From Nitrospira japonica (GTDB taxonomy: Bacteria; Nitrospirota; Thermodesulfovibrionia; Thermodesulfovibrionales; SM23-35), in the NCBI GenBank assembly GCA_020725385.1, contig DYFC01000030.1, positions 1 to 47,666 of the forward strand: 47,666 bases of DNA. The letters run 5' to 3'. The first letter of the stretch is position 1, and every line of letters starts with the position of its first letter. The notes beneath the pieces are model-generated. The model was not told the DNA's origin and searched no databases. It saw nothing but the letters and a program-made list of their open reading frames with translations. Made by a program: the position numbers and the translations under genes. Shown piece by piece: positions 10,054 through 19,961 of the stretch.

Positions 10054-10911
10054 TCATAATCCCCAAAGGCTCGATGCAGGCCTTTTATATCCTTTTTCCT
10101 GTGCGATTATATCAAGATGAATTGTAACAATATCGTCAACGGAAAGAAATGGATCATAATTTATTTTTCGTGAATCAACTGTTTTAATATATTGATTACA
10201 ATTATCACATAAATCAACCCTGTATTCTTCATGGTCCTCTGCATAGAAATAACGTAATTTCTTATTGTCTGTATTGTCACAGAAAGGACATTTCAAGCGT
10301 TCAGATTGCCATATAAAATTGCAAAATGAGCATTTTAAGAATCTTTTGCCATCCCTATCGAGTTTTGATATATCAGGGATACTTCCGCAAATAGGGCAAT
10401 ATCCTTTATACCAGTTCTTTATCTCGTTTTCTTTTGAGATCTTTTCTACGTTTAAAATAATAGAGGGTTTTATGCTTTCATAGATTAAAAATTTAAGCAC
10501 TGTTAAATCAATATCGAATTCACCGGCTATCTTCTCTATATAAAGATCATCGAAGAAATTTCTCATAATTTCTCTTGGATTTAGAGCATTGATTGATAAT
10601 GCGTCCTCAATATATTGAATATTTATTCTTAACTTTTCGTTAGCATTTCTTGATATATTGCAAAGTGAATCAAATAAATTTATTGAAGAGTTTATATCAA
10701 TGAAAAAATCTCGTTTATCGATGAGGGGAAATCCTTCCTTAAGATGTATCTCTTTTAAACTCTTTTTAATGTCAGGAGGAATGATTTTTGTATCTTCAAT
10801 ATATTTATTTTGTTCAATGGTAATTTCTTTAAAGAAATTAAGGATTTTTTCATAAGAAGGAAAAAGTTTTATGTAATTGGTGATTTGTTGTTCTATATTT
10901 GTATGTCTCAT
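10054..10911 (-). CDS. fdhE: Formate dehydrogenase accessory protein FdhE
   Basis: CPICG, CSFC...W, CPFC, CDNC..YIK; lies downstream of fdhAB. Confidence 0.92.
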   Translation of the reverse strand: MRHTNIEQQITNYIKLFPSYEKILNFFKEITIEQNKYIEDTKIIPPDIKKSLKEIHLKEGFPLIDKRDFFIDINSSINLFDSLCNISRNANEKLRINIQYIEDALSINALNPREIMRNFFDDLYIEKIAGEFDIDLTVLKFLIYESIKPSIILNVEKISKENEIKNWYKGYCPICGSIPDISKLDRDGKRFLKCSFCNFIWQSERLKCPFCDNTDNKKLRYFYAEDHEEYRVDLCDNCNQYIKTVDSRKINYDPFLSVDDIVTIHLDIIAQEKGYKRPASSLWGL

Positions 10912-10929
10912 AAATTATCCTTTTAAAAC

Positions 10930-10962
10930 AATAGCCTGTCTCTTCAGAAGAGACAGGCTATT
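10930..10962 (-). terminator. Perfect inverted repeat between fdhB and fdhE (terminator or stabiliser)
   Basis: AATAGCCTGTCTCTTC-A-GAAGAGACAGGCTATT; followed by GTTTT on the minus strand. Confidence 0.65.
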
Positions 10963-10979
10963 ATAATTTCAAGAAATTA

Positions 10980-11693
10980 TTATCCTGCTATAAAAGCAGG
11001 TTCCAGGTGATTATTTCGGGATGCGTATATTTTTGAAATATTTGCCGCTGCAAATTTATGGTATTTCTTAGGATCATCAATTACCAGATAAATTGTGCGG
11101 ACAAAATCAGAATTTAAGAGCTCTGCTTTTGGATATTTTGCTTTTAATTCAGCAAGTCTCTTTTGTGCGAGTTCAAGCATTTTTTCACGGTCTCCAAAAT
11201 TCATTGCTCCTGTGGGGCATGTTTTTACACATGCCGGAAGCATCCCTTCTTTTATCCTGTCGATGCACATTGTGCATTTTGCCATACCCTGTGTGTTTTT
11301 ATCCCAGCGTGGTATATCCCACGGACAGGCTTCCTTTATTTGTTTGAAATCAGCTTCTTTTACTTTTACTTTCGGATCATATAATACAGCTCCTGTTACC
11401 TCGTCTTGTATTATTGCTTTTACATTTATTGAGTCTGCTACCATTTTGCAGGGAGGGGTGATACAATGTCTGCATTGATCAGGGAAGAAATACCATACTG
11501 GCTTGCCATCTGATTCCATCTCATTGAATCTAACAAGTTTGAATGTAGCAGTTGAGAGATCTTCAGGGTTCTGATGATTACCTTTCTGAACAGTTTTGGT
11601 TGCAGGATTCATATTCCACTGCTTACATGCAATCTGGCAACCACGACATGCTGTGCATTTGGATGTATCTATGAAAAATGTTTTATCAGCCAT
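10980..11693 (-). CDS. fdhB: Formate dehydrogenase iron-sulfur (beta) subunit
   Basis: CTACRGCQIAC, CRHCITPPC, CPWDIP, CTMCIDR...PACVKTCP; no C-terminal TM helix. Confidence 0.9.
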   Translation of the reverse strand: MADKTFFIDTSKCTACRGCQIACKQWNMNPATKTVQKGNHQNPEDLSTATFKLVRFNEMESDGKPVWYFFPDQCRHCITPPCKMVADSINVKAIIQDEVTGAVLYDPKVKVKEADFKQIKEACPWDIPRWDKNTQGMAKCTMCIDRIKEGMLPACVKTCPTGAMNFGDREKMLELAQKRLAELKAKYPKAELLNSDFVRTIYLVIDDPKKYHKFAAANISKIYASRNNHLEPAFIAG

Positions 11694-11708
11694 TATTATT
11701 CACCTCCC

Positions 11709-14700
11709 TTACTTTTTTGCCTTTGCAGCAGGCTGTTTTGTTAATTTAGTAACATTTGCCATGAACGCTTTTGATTCAGGTATCATTGTGTTTGGGTCAC
11801 CTACAGTTGGAGTAAGAAGATTGGCGCTCTCGCCACCATCTTTAGGATGCAGCCATCCAAAATGCCATGGTAGCCCGATCTGGTGTACAGTCTGTCCAGC
11901 AATTACAAATGGTTTTAGTCTGTGTGTTACTATTGCAGTAGCTTCAAGTTTTCCTCTTTGGGTTTCTACCAAAACTTTTTCTCCATTCTCAATGCCCCTT
12001 AATTTTGCAAGCTCATGGCTAATTTCACAGAATACCTGAGGCTCAGCTTCAACAAGCCATGGAAGCCATCTTGTTAAAACTCCTGTCTGCCAGTGTTCTG
12101 TTACACGGTATGTTGTGCAGACAAAAGGATAACGCGGGTCACATGTTGCAAATGTATCTGGACCACCTTCAAATATTTTAACAACAGGGTTTATTCTTTG
12201 ATTTGACATCAAATTCTTCTCAATAGGGCATTCGAGTGGTTCATAATGTTCCGGAAATGGTCCATCTTTTAACCCAGGTCCAAATATTGATGCAACACCA
12301 TCTGGTTTCATTATAAATGGATAAACCCCTTCTGTTCCCATTGGCGGCGCAGGTCCATCCGGTACATCTCCTACCCACTTCTTATTCTCAGCATCCCATT
12401 TAAGTATCGCTCTCTTTGGATTTCTTGGATTTCCATCAAGATCAACAGATGCACGGTTATATATAATCCTTCTGTTTACAGGCCATGTCCATGACCATTG
12501 TGGATATAAGCCAAGTCCTGTTGGATCATCTTTCTTTCTTCTTGCTGCCATGTTACCTGCCTCTGTATAACTCGCTGAATATATCCAGTTGCCACATGAT
12601 GTTCTTCCATCATCAAGAAGATAAACAAAACTCGGTACAAGTGTGCCTTTCTTATAAGCCTTTTTGTCAACAGGATGTTCCGGTATATCCTCAAGGAAAT
12701 ATCCGTTTATCTCTTTTGCTACTGTATGAATATCAAATTTACCATTAGTCTCATAATCCCACTTTAGATTAAGAATCGGGTCAGGAAATACACCTTTTTG
12801 TTTCTTGTAAACAGCTTTCACTTTCTTCATTAGTTCATATATAATCTCGCCATCAGGCATTGCATCACCTGGAGGATTTGTGCATTTCCATCTCCATTGC
12901 ATCCAGCGTCCGCTATTAGATATACTTCCCTCTTTTTCCATAAAAGCAGCGCAAGGAAGCTGGAATACTTCTGTCTTAATCTTTTTTGGATCCATTCCAG
13001 GACCTTTCCAGAAAGAACCAGTTTCATTATCAAATACATTTACATTTACCATCCAGTCAAGTTTTGCCATTGCCTGACGTACTTTTCCTGCATTAGCACT
13101 TGAGCAGGCTGGATTCATGCCCCATGCAAAGAATCCTGTGAATTTGCCTTTATACATTTCATCGAAAAGATTAAGCCATGATGCATCCTGTGTTTTATCG
13201 AGTTTTGGTAGCCATGAATAACAAAAATCATTCTCTTTCTTTGCATGTTCTCCATAGAATGATTTCAGAAGACTTGCCAGATATTTTGGTCTGTTTTTCC
13301 ACCAGTTAACACTTCTCGGGTCTTTTGTTGATGGTGTTGTTTTATTGTAATCCTCCAGTGTTTGCCATTGTTCTCTTGGTGCGGGTATATAACCGGGTAT
13401 TATGTGGAACAATAAACCCTGGTCGGTTGACCCCTGAACATTTGATTCACCACGAAGCGCATTAATACCACCTCCAGCTATTCCCATATTCCCGAGCAAA
13501 CTTTGTATTATTGACATTGCACGAATGTTCTGAACGCCGACAGTATGCTGTGTCCATCCCATCGCATAAAGAACAGTGCCTGCTTTATCAGGTGTTGCAG
13601 TGGAAGCGTAAGCTTTGTAAACTTTTTCAAGGTCTTCCTGTGGTGTGCCGGTTATAGCAGTAACTTTCTCAAAGGTATATCTTGAGTAATGTTTCTTTAA
13701 AATCTGGAACACGCATCTTTCATGTTGAAGGGTCATGTCCCTTTTTGGTATTCCATTTTCGTCTTTTTCAAGAGCCCATGTGGATTGATCATAAGAACGT
13801 TTGTTTGGATCATAACCTGAAAAAAGACCGTCATCAAAATTATATTTAGGGTTGACTATAAAAGATGCGTTTGTATAATTCTTCACATAAAATTCATCAT
13901 AAAGATTGTTATCAAGAATATACTTTATCATTCCACCAAGAAATGCTATGTCTGTTCCTGATCTTAATCTTACAAATATGTCTGCTTTTGTTGATGTGCG
14001 TGTGTAACGAGGATCAACATGGATGAAAATAGCGCCTTTATCACGTGCTGCCTGTATCCATTTAAATGAGACAGGATGGTTTTCTGCGACATTACCACCC
14101 ATATTAAGAATTACATCTGCATTTCTGAAGTCAATATAATGATTTGTCATTGCACCGCGACCGAACGACTCTGCCAGAGCCGCAACAGTTGCGGAATGTC
14201 ATATTCGGGCCTGATGTTCGATGTAAACGAGACCCAGTGATCTGAGGAATTTTTGATAAAGCCAGCATTCTTCATTGTCCATTGCTGCGCTTCCAACCGA
14301 GGCTATACCATTACAGCGATTTACAACCTTGCCGTCAGCATTCTTTTCTGTGAAGCTTTTGTCACGGCTTTTCTTGATGTTTTCAGCTATTTTGTTTAAA
14401 GCCCATTCCCATGAAACCTCTTTCCATTTGTCACTATGAGGAGCACGATAACGGACTTTCTTGAGACGATTTTCGTTTACAGCAATCTGATAACTTGATG
14501 CGCCTTTTGCGCAAAGAGCGCCTTCGCTGATAGGATGATCAGGATCACCTTCAGCATTAATTACTTTGCCCTTTGTGTCTGTTGCTACCAGAATACCGCA
14601 GCCAACCGAACAGTAACAGCAAATAGTAGGTGTTTCTTTAGCACCTTTAATTCGCGACTCTGTTCTTAGTTCAGCAGCATAACTCTGAACAGGGCTTAAA

Positions 14701-14783
14701 TCAAATCCAAGCTGGCTCAGGGCGATACCCGCTGCGGTATAACTGGAGAGCTTAATAAAATCTCTCCTTGTTAATACCTTCAT
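11709..14783 (-). CDS. fdhA: Periplasmic formate dehydrogenase alpha subunit, selenocysteine-containing (about 1024 aa, Sec195)
   Basis: Tat motif TRRDFIK; CCYCSVGC. The two ORF-track pieces are in frame across UGA 14199-14201, reading EHQARI-U-HSATVAALAESFGRGAMTNH; RGESNVQG motif. Confidence 0.95.
14165..14183 (-). promoter_or_regulatory. Putative bacterial SECIS hairpin of periplasmic fdhA
   Basis: GCGGCUCU-GGC-AGAGUCGU stem-loop 16-34 nt after the in-frame UGA. Confidence 0.7.
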
Positions 14784-14879
14784 AAACTCCTCCTTTCTTT
14801 TTGTTGTTTAGAACGATGAAATATTGTTAAATTTTAAAGATATATCTTGTTAGAAAATATCACTGTACAATATAGTTCA

Positions 14880-14908
14880 TTTATATCAAATAAGGGTATA
14901 TATGTCAA
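14880..14908 (-). promoter_or_regulatory. Sigma70-type promoter for fdhABE
   Basis: Minus strand TTGACA-N17-TATAAA with TGn extension. Confidence 0.7.
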
Positions 14909-15015
14909 CTGAATTTTAAACGGCAATTTATAGCCTTGAACAAAACACAGAACCGACTTAAAATAACCAACAGGTAACGGACTAACGACACATACCACAA
15001 GACAAAATTACAAAC

Positions 15016-15045
15016 TTGACAGTATTTTGTTCTAATCTTTATAAT
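15016..15045 (+). promoter_or_regulatory. Sigma70-type promoter for yceD-rpmF-plsX-fabH
   Basis: TTGACA-N18-TATAAT, perfect hexamers. Confidence 0.75.
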
Positions 15046-15081
15046 TAAATACTTTAGATATGAAATATTGGATTTTAGTAA

Positions 15082-15576
15082 ATGAAGCTAATAATATCAG
15101 AAATACCCATAGAAGGTCTCAATTTAGATACCAGCATTGTCTGTGAATCTGAATTTGTTATCTCTCCTGTTAATATTCATCTTAGAATAGATAAAGCAGA
15201 TACGGAAATCTTTATTAAAGGAGATTTTTCTGCCCGGTTGAGATTACAGTGCAGTAGGTGTCTTAATGAATTTGAGAAAGAAGATCCTATTCATGTTGAT
15301 GTTGTATATCATCCGCTTAAAGAAATAGCAACAGTTGAAAAACATGAAATAAAGACCGATGAATTAAATACTGACTTCTATTCAGGAGATGAACTTGATA
15401 TTTCTGCTCTGGTAAAAGAACAAATTGAACTTAGTATTCCAATGAAACCTTTATGTGATGAATTATGCAAGGGAATATGTCCTGGCTGTGGTGCTGATCT
15501 GAACTTTCAGATATGCAGTTGCCCTAAACAAAAGATTGATCCGCGTTTTGCTGAGTTGAGTAAACTTTTAAAATAA
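15082..15576 (+). CDS. yceD: DUF177/YceD family protein
   Basis: CSRCL; PMKPLCDELCKGICPGCG; DPRF; upstream of rpmF. Confidence 0.9.
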   Translation: MKLIISEIPIEGLNLDTSIVCESEFVISPVNIHLRIDKADTEIFIKGDFSARLRLQCSRCLNEFEKEDPIHVDVVYHPLKEIATVEKHEIKTDELNTDFYSGDELDISALVKEQIELSIPMKPLCDELCKGICPGCGADLNFQICSCPKQKIDPRFAELSKLLK

Positions 15577-15608
15577 ATTTTAAATATCTAAAAGAAAGGA
15601 GTATTAAA

Positions 15609-15797
15609 TTGGCAAATCCGACACACAGACATACACGTTCAAGAAGAGACAAAAGAAGAGCAAACTGGAAAGGACAACTTCCGAATTTGAGTTTATGTCC
15701 TGATTGCAATGAACTTAAATTGCCTTTTAAAGCCTGCCCACACTGTGGCTCTTATAGTGGCAGGAAAATTCTCAACGTAATAGAAAAAGAAGCATGA
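15609..15797 (+). CDS. rpmF: 50S ribosomal protein L32
   Basis: TTG start with AAGGAG RBS; SRRDKRRA; CPDC and CPHCG zinc ribbon. Confidence 0.93.
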   Translation: MANPTHRHTRSRRDKRRANWKGQLPNLSLCPDCNELKLPFKACPHCGSYSGRKILNVIEKEA

Positions 15798-16828
15798 GAA
15801 TCGCTCTTGATGCTATGGGGGGCGACTATGCCCCCTATGTTAATATCGAGGGCGCTATCGAGTCTGTTAATGATTCCACCGACATATCTGTCATACTTGT
15901 TGGTGATGAAGGCATCCTCTCTAAAGAATTAGCTGACAAAAAATATCCATCCAGCAGATTAACAATAAAGCATGCTTCACAATCTGTTAGCATGGATGAA
16001 TCTACTGCCTATGCTATCAGAAAAAAAAGAGATTCTTCAATTAGAAGAGGAATCGAACTTGTAAAAACAGGTGAAGCAGATGCTTTTGTAAGCGCCGGAC
16101 ATTCCGGTGTTGTTATGGCAACCGCACTTCTTGTTATTGGCACATCGGATGTGGTTGATCGTCCTGCAATTGCTACTATCATGCCAACCATCAAATCGCC
16201 TTTTGTTCTAATTGATGCAGGCGCAAATATACATTGCAAACCCAATAATCTTCTTCAATTTGCTCTTATGGGAAGTACATATTGTGAAATCATGCTCGGT
16301 AGAAAAAACCCAAAAGTTGCTCTGGTAAGCACCGGAGAAGAAGACACAAAGGGGAATGAACTTATAAAAGATACTTTTAAACTTCTCAAAGAATCCGAGA
16401 TCAATTTTATTGGTAACATTGATGGTAAGGATATTTTTACAGGAGAAATAGATGTTATTGTCTGTGATGGATTCACTGGTAATGTTATATTGAAAACCAG
16501 TGAAGGACTTGCAGATGCATTGATTAAAATGCTCAAAAGAGAAGTGGCAAATTTAACCACCGGTAGATTGGGTTATCTTCTTATAAAACCTGCCTTAAGA
16601 AATTTCAAGAAAAAAACAGATTATGATGAATATGGAGGAGCTCCGCTACTTGGTATTAAAGGCACATGTATTATAAGCCATGGGAGATCAACTTCAAAAG
16701 CGATAAGAAATGCAATACGGGTTGCTTCTGATTTTGCAAGAAAAAAGGTTTACAATATTATTTCTTCAGCAATAGAGAAAGATATTCTACATCATGAAAG
16801 GATAAATATTTCAAATGAGAAGAAGTAG
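15794..16828 (+). CDS. plsX: Phosphate acyltransferase PlsX
   Basis: IALDAMGGDYAP, RPAIA, DAGAN, CDGFTGN, YGGAPLLG, SHGRS. Confidence 0.96.
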   Translation: MRIALDAMGGDYAPYVNIEGAIESVNDSTDISVILVGDEGILSKELADKKYPSSRLTIKHASQSVSMDESTAYAIRKKRDSSIRRGIELVKTGEADAFVSAGHSGVVMATALLVIGTSDVVDRPAIATIMPTIKSPFVLIDAGANIHCKPNNLLQFALMGSTYCEIMLGRKNPKVALVSTGEEDTKGNELIKDTFKLLKESEINFIGNIDGKDIFTGEIDVIVCDGFTGNVILKTSEGLADALIKMLKREVANLTTGRLGYLLIKPALRNFKKKTDYDEYGGAPLLGIKGTCIISHGRSTSKAIRNAIRVASDFARKKVYNIISSAIEKDILHHERINISNEKK

Positions 16829-17795
16829 GATTGTCTCAACAGGTGCTTATGTTCCCGAAATAATCATGTCAAATTCGGATCTTGAAAAAATGGTTGATAC
16901 ATCGGATGAATGGATAACTGAAAGAACAGGAATTAAGGAAAGAAGAATAGCATCTAAAGAACAGGCAGCTTCGGATCTTGCCTATGAAGCATCAAAAATT
17001 GCGATTGAAAGAGCAGGGATTGTACCCGAAGACATTGATCTTATTATTGTTGCTACAATTTCAGGGGATATGCCTTTCCCTTCAACCGCATGTTTTTTAC
17101 AGGAAAAACTCGGTGCAATAAATGCTGCCGGTTTTGATGTCAATGCAACATGTTCTGGCTTCCTATATGCGTTACATATTGCAGATGGATTTATAAAATC
17201 TAACCTGCATAAAAGAATTCTCGTTGTTGGTTCAGAAGCTCTATCTAAGGTAACCGATTGGGAAGACCGTACAACATGTGTTTTATTTGGTGATGGCGCT
17301 GGCGCAGTTATTGTAGAGCCATCCGCAAATGAACGGGGGATAATTTCTACCCATATAAATTCTGATGGTCGCTTATGGGAATTAATTAATCTTCCCGGAG
17401 GTGGTTCAAGAAATCCTGCTTCTACTGAAACAATAAATAAACGTCTTCACTATATTAAAATGAAAGGCAATGAAACTTTCAAAGTAGCAGTAAGAACTCT
17501 TGAAGACCTTGTTGTGAAAACCCTTGAGGAAAACAATCTTGACTCGTCACAATTGGACTTACTTATTCCTCATCAGGCAAACATGAGAATAATCCAGGCA
17601 ACGGCTGATAGACTAAAAATACCTTTAGAAAGGGTTGTTGTTAACTTGCAGCAATATGGAAATACATCGGCAGCATCAATTCCAATAGCTCTTCATGAAG
17701 CAGTGGTCTCCGACAGGATTAAAGAAGGTGATTATATTCTTCTTGAAGCTTTTGGAGGAGGTCTTACATGGGCATCGGCATTAATAAAATGGTAA
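16815..17795 (+). CDS. fabH: 3-oxoacyl-ACP synthase III
   Basis: DTSDEWITERTGI, ATCSGF, PHQAN, GNTSAAS, AFGGGLTW. Confidence 0.96.
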   Translation: MRRSRIVSTGAYVPEIIMSNSDLEKMVDTSDEWITERTGIKERRIASKEQAASDLAYEASKIAIERAGIVPEDIDLIIVATISGDMPFPSTACFLQEKLGAINAAGFDVNATCSGFLYALHIADGFIKSNLHKRILVVGSEALSKVTDWEDRTTCVLFGDGAGAVIVEPSANERGIISTHINSDGRLWELINLPGGGSRNPASTETINKRLHYIKMKGNETFKVAVRTLEDLVVKTLEENNLDSSQLDLLIPHQANMRIIQATADRLKIPLERVVVNLQQYGNTSAASIPIALHEAVVSDRIKEGDYILLEAFGGGLTWASALIKW

Positions 17796-19913
17796 AGTTT
17801 TTTTATCCAGGTCAAGCAGATTTTTTACTGTAATAAGCATCTCGTTTTTTTCGAATGGTTTTTTTAGATATGCATCTATCATTAGACCAAGCTCATGAAG
17901 AGGTTTCTCCAGGTAACCTGAAATTGCTAATATTCTGATATCTTTTCTTATTTTTCTGAGATTTATTATAACTTCTTCACCATCCATTAAAGGCATCATA
18001 ATATCTGTTATGATAAGTTGTATATTTTTGTTCTGTTCTTTGAATAAATTTATAGCATTCATAGGATTATTTTCAGCAATAACAATATAACCGTGACTCT
18101 CAAGCAAATCTTTAATGAATAAAAGAACATCTTTGTCATCATCAATTAAAAGTATATTTCCAAACCCCTGCAATATTGGCTGGGTAAATTTTTTATACTG
18201 ATATGATATTTTCCCGGAAGCAGGAATATAAATATAAAAACATGTCCCTTTGCCGACCTCGCTGTCAACAGATACATAACCATTGTGATCTTTTACTATT
18301 CCATAAACTGTTGCCAGCCCCAGTCCTGTACCTTTCCCTTTTTCTTTAGTTGTAAAAAATGGGTCGAATATCTTCTGTCTGATTTCCTCCGGTATTCCTA
18401 TGCCTGTGTCAGAAACACTCATAACCACATATTTCCCCGGCGTAACGTATGTAGGGACATCGGATGATTTATTCTCAATTATTGTAGATTTTGTTTTAAT
18501 TTCAATCAATCCTCCATCAGGCATGGCATCTTTAGCATTGACAACAAGATTCATGATTACCTGTTCTATTTGATTGGGTTCTCCTTCTATAAAAGGAATA
18601 TTTTCATCCAGATTTATTTTTACTCCAATTCTTTTATCCAGTACACCATCAAAAAGTTTTGCGGAATCGTTAATAACATCATTGAGATTAAAAGGAACTT
18701 TCTCGGTTGAATCCCTTCTTGCAAAACTGAGAAGTTTAGATACCATTATCCCGGCTTTCCGGGAAGCTCCTTCAATATTTCTGACTCTTTTCTTTGAAAC
18801 TTCATCAAGCTTGCTGTATTCAAGCAATAACTCGGAATTCCCGAGTATCGCTGTTAAAATATTATTGAAATTGTGAGCTATTCCTCCGGCAAGAGCCCCG
18901 ATAGATTCCATTTTCTGGGAATGTATAAGCTGCTCCTGTATTCTTTTCTTTTCGGTTATATCTCTGCAAAAGTGAAGTATATGAATTTTACCATCAATAT
19001 CCAGAGCCCTTGCACTTATTTCAACAAATATTTTCTCGCCATCTTTTTTGAAATGAGTTGTTTCATAAAGAAGTGTTTCGCCGTTCAAAATCCTCTGTAT
19101 GCGTTCTTCTATTTTTTCTTTATTTTCTGAAGGTTCAAGCGATTCGATATTAGCATCTTTTAATGATTTAGATTCAAAACCATATGTCTCATAAAACTTA
19201 TTATTCACTGAAGTTATTTTTCCAGTTGGATCGGTAATAATAATTGCATCAGTAGCATTATCAAAAATTGACCTGTACCATGCCTCTGAAACTTTATAAG
19301 CTTTAGTCCTTTCCTGAACAAGATCTTCAAGTTCCTGATTCTTTATTGATAACTCATATTCAAGTGAGAGTTTTTTGATGAGCAACTTTTGGTTTACATA
19401 CCTCCAACCAATACTGCCTAATAATGCTGCCAATAGAAAAATATTATTGTTAATGAAGATTCTCATGTTGGTAATAGAATCAAGTAAAATAATAGGTATT
19501 ACATAAATGGCATAAATGAACACGTTCACAAAAGCTATATATTTTGCAGATATAGGTAAGAATCCTAATATAAAAACACTAAGAATTATCATCCCTGCAT
19601 AGTATGTAGATTGATGACCACCGAAAGATAAGATCATTAATTCAATCATTACTGCTGTTATTAACGGTGCAAAAAATATTATGATTTTTTGTATTGTTTC
19701 TTTGTTATATTTTTTATACAGAAAATAAATAATAATTGTTAAAGAAGCAGCTATTAATCTATAGATTAAAAATTTTATAAAATTTTCCGGGGTTACTAAA
19801 TAATCAAGAATGCAAAGAAATATATCAATAAATGCTCCGATAAGAAGAAGAATTGCACCAAGTGATCTTGTAAGTTCATAAACTTCTTTTTTTATATACT
19901 CCTGCTTACTCAT
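17781..19913 (-). CDS. Hybrid sensor histidine kinase (multi-TM input, PAS, HisKA, HATPase, receiver)
   Basis: About 5-6 N-terminal TM helices with [11 protein letters not shown]; PAS; [10 protein letters not shown]-box; FDPFFTTK and GTGLGL; receiver LIDDD...TDIMMP...KP. Confidence 0.93.
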   Translation of the reverse strand: MSKQEYIKKEVYELTRSLGAILLLIGAFIDIFLCILDYLVTPENFIKFLIYRLIAASLTIIIYFLYKKYNKETIQKIIIFFAPLITAVMIELMILSFGGHQSTYYAGMIILSVFILGFLPISAKYIAFVNVFIYAIYVIPIILLDSITNMRIFINNNIFLLAALLGSIGWRYVNQKLLIKKLSLEYELSIKNQELEDLVQERTKAYKVSEAWYRSIFDNATDAIIITDPTGKITSVNNKFYETYGFESKSLKDANIESLEPSENKEKIEERIQRILNGETLLYETTHFKKDGEKIFVEISARALDIDGKIHILHFCRDITEKKRIQEQLIHSQKMESIGALAGGIAHNFNNILTAILGNSELLLEYSKLDEVSKKRVRNIEGASRKAGIMVSKLLSFARRDSTEKVPFNLNDVINDSAKLFDGVLDKRIGVKINLDENIPFIEGEPNQIEQVIMNLVVNAKDAMPDGGLIEIKTKSTIIENKSSDVPTYVTPGKYVVMSVSDTGIGIPEEIRQKIFDPFFTTKEKGKGTGLGLATVYGIVKDHNGYVSVDSEVGKGTCFYIYIPASGKISYQYKKFTQPILQGFGNILLIDDDKDVLLFIKDLLESHGYIVIAENNPMNAINLFKEQNKNIQLIITDIMMPLMDGEEVIINLRKIRKDIRILAISGYLEKPLHELGLMIDAYLKKPFEKNEMLITVKNLLDLDKKTLPFY

Positions 19914-19961
19914 AAAATAAGTTTAGCGCAATCAAAAAACAAAAACAATAGAGGTAAAAAA

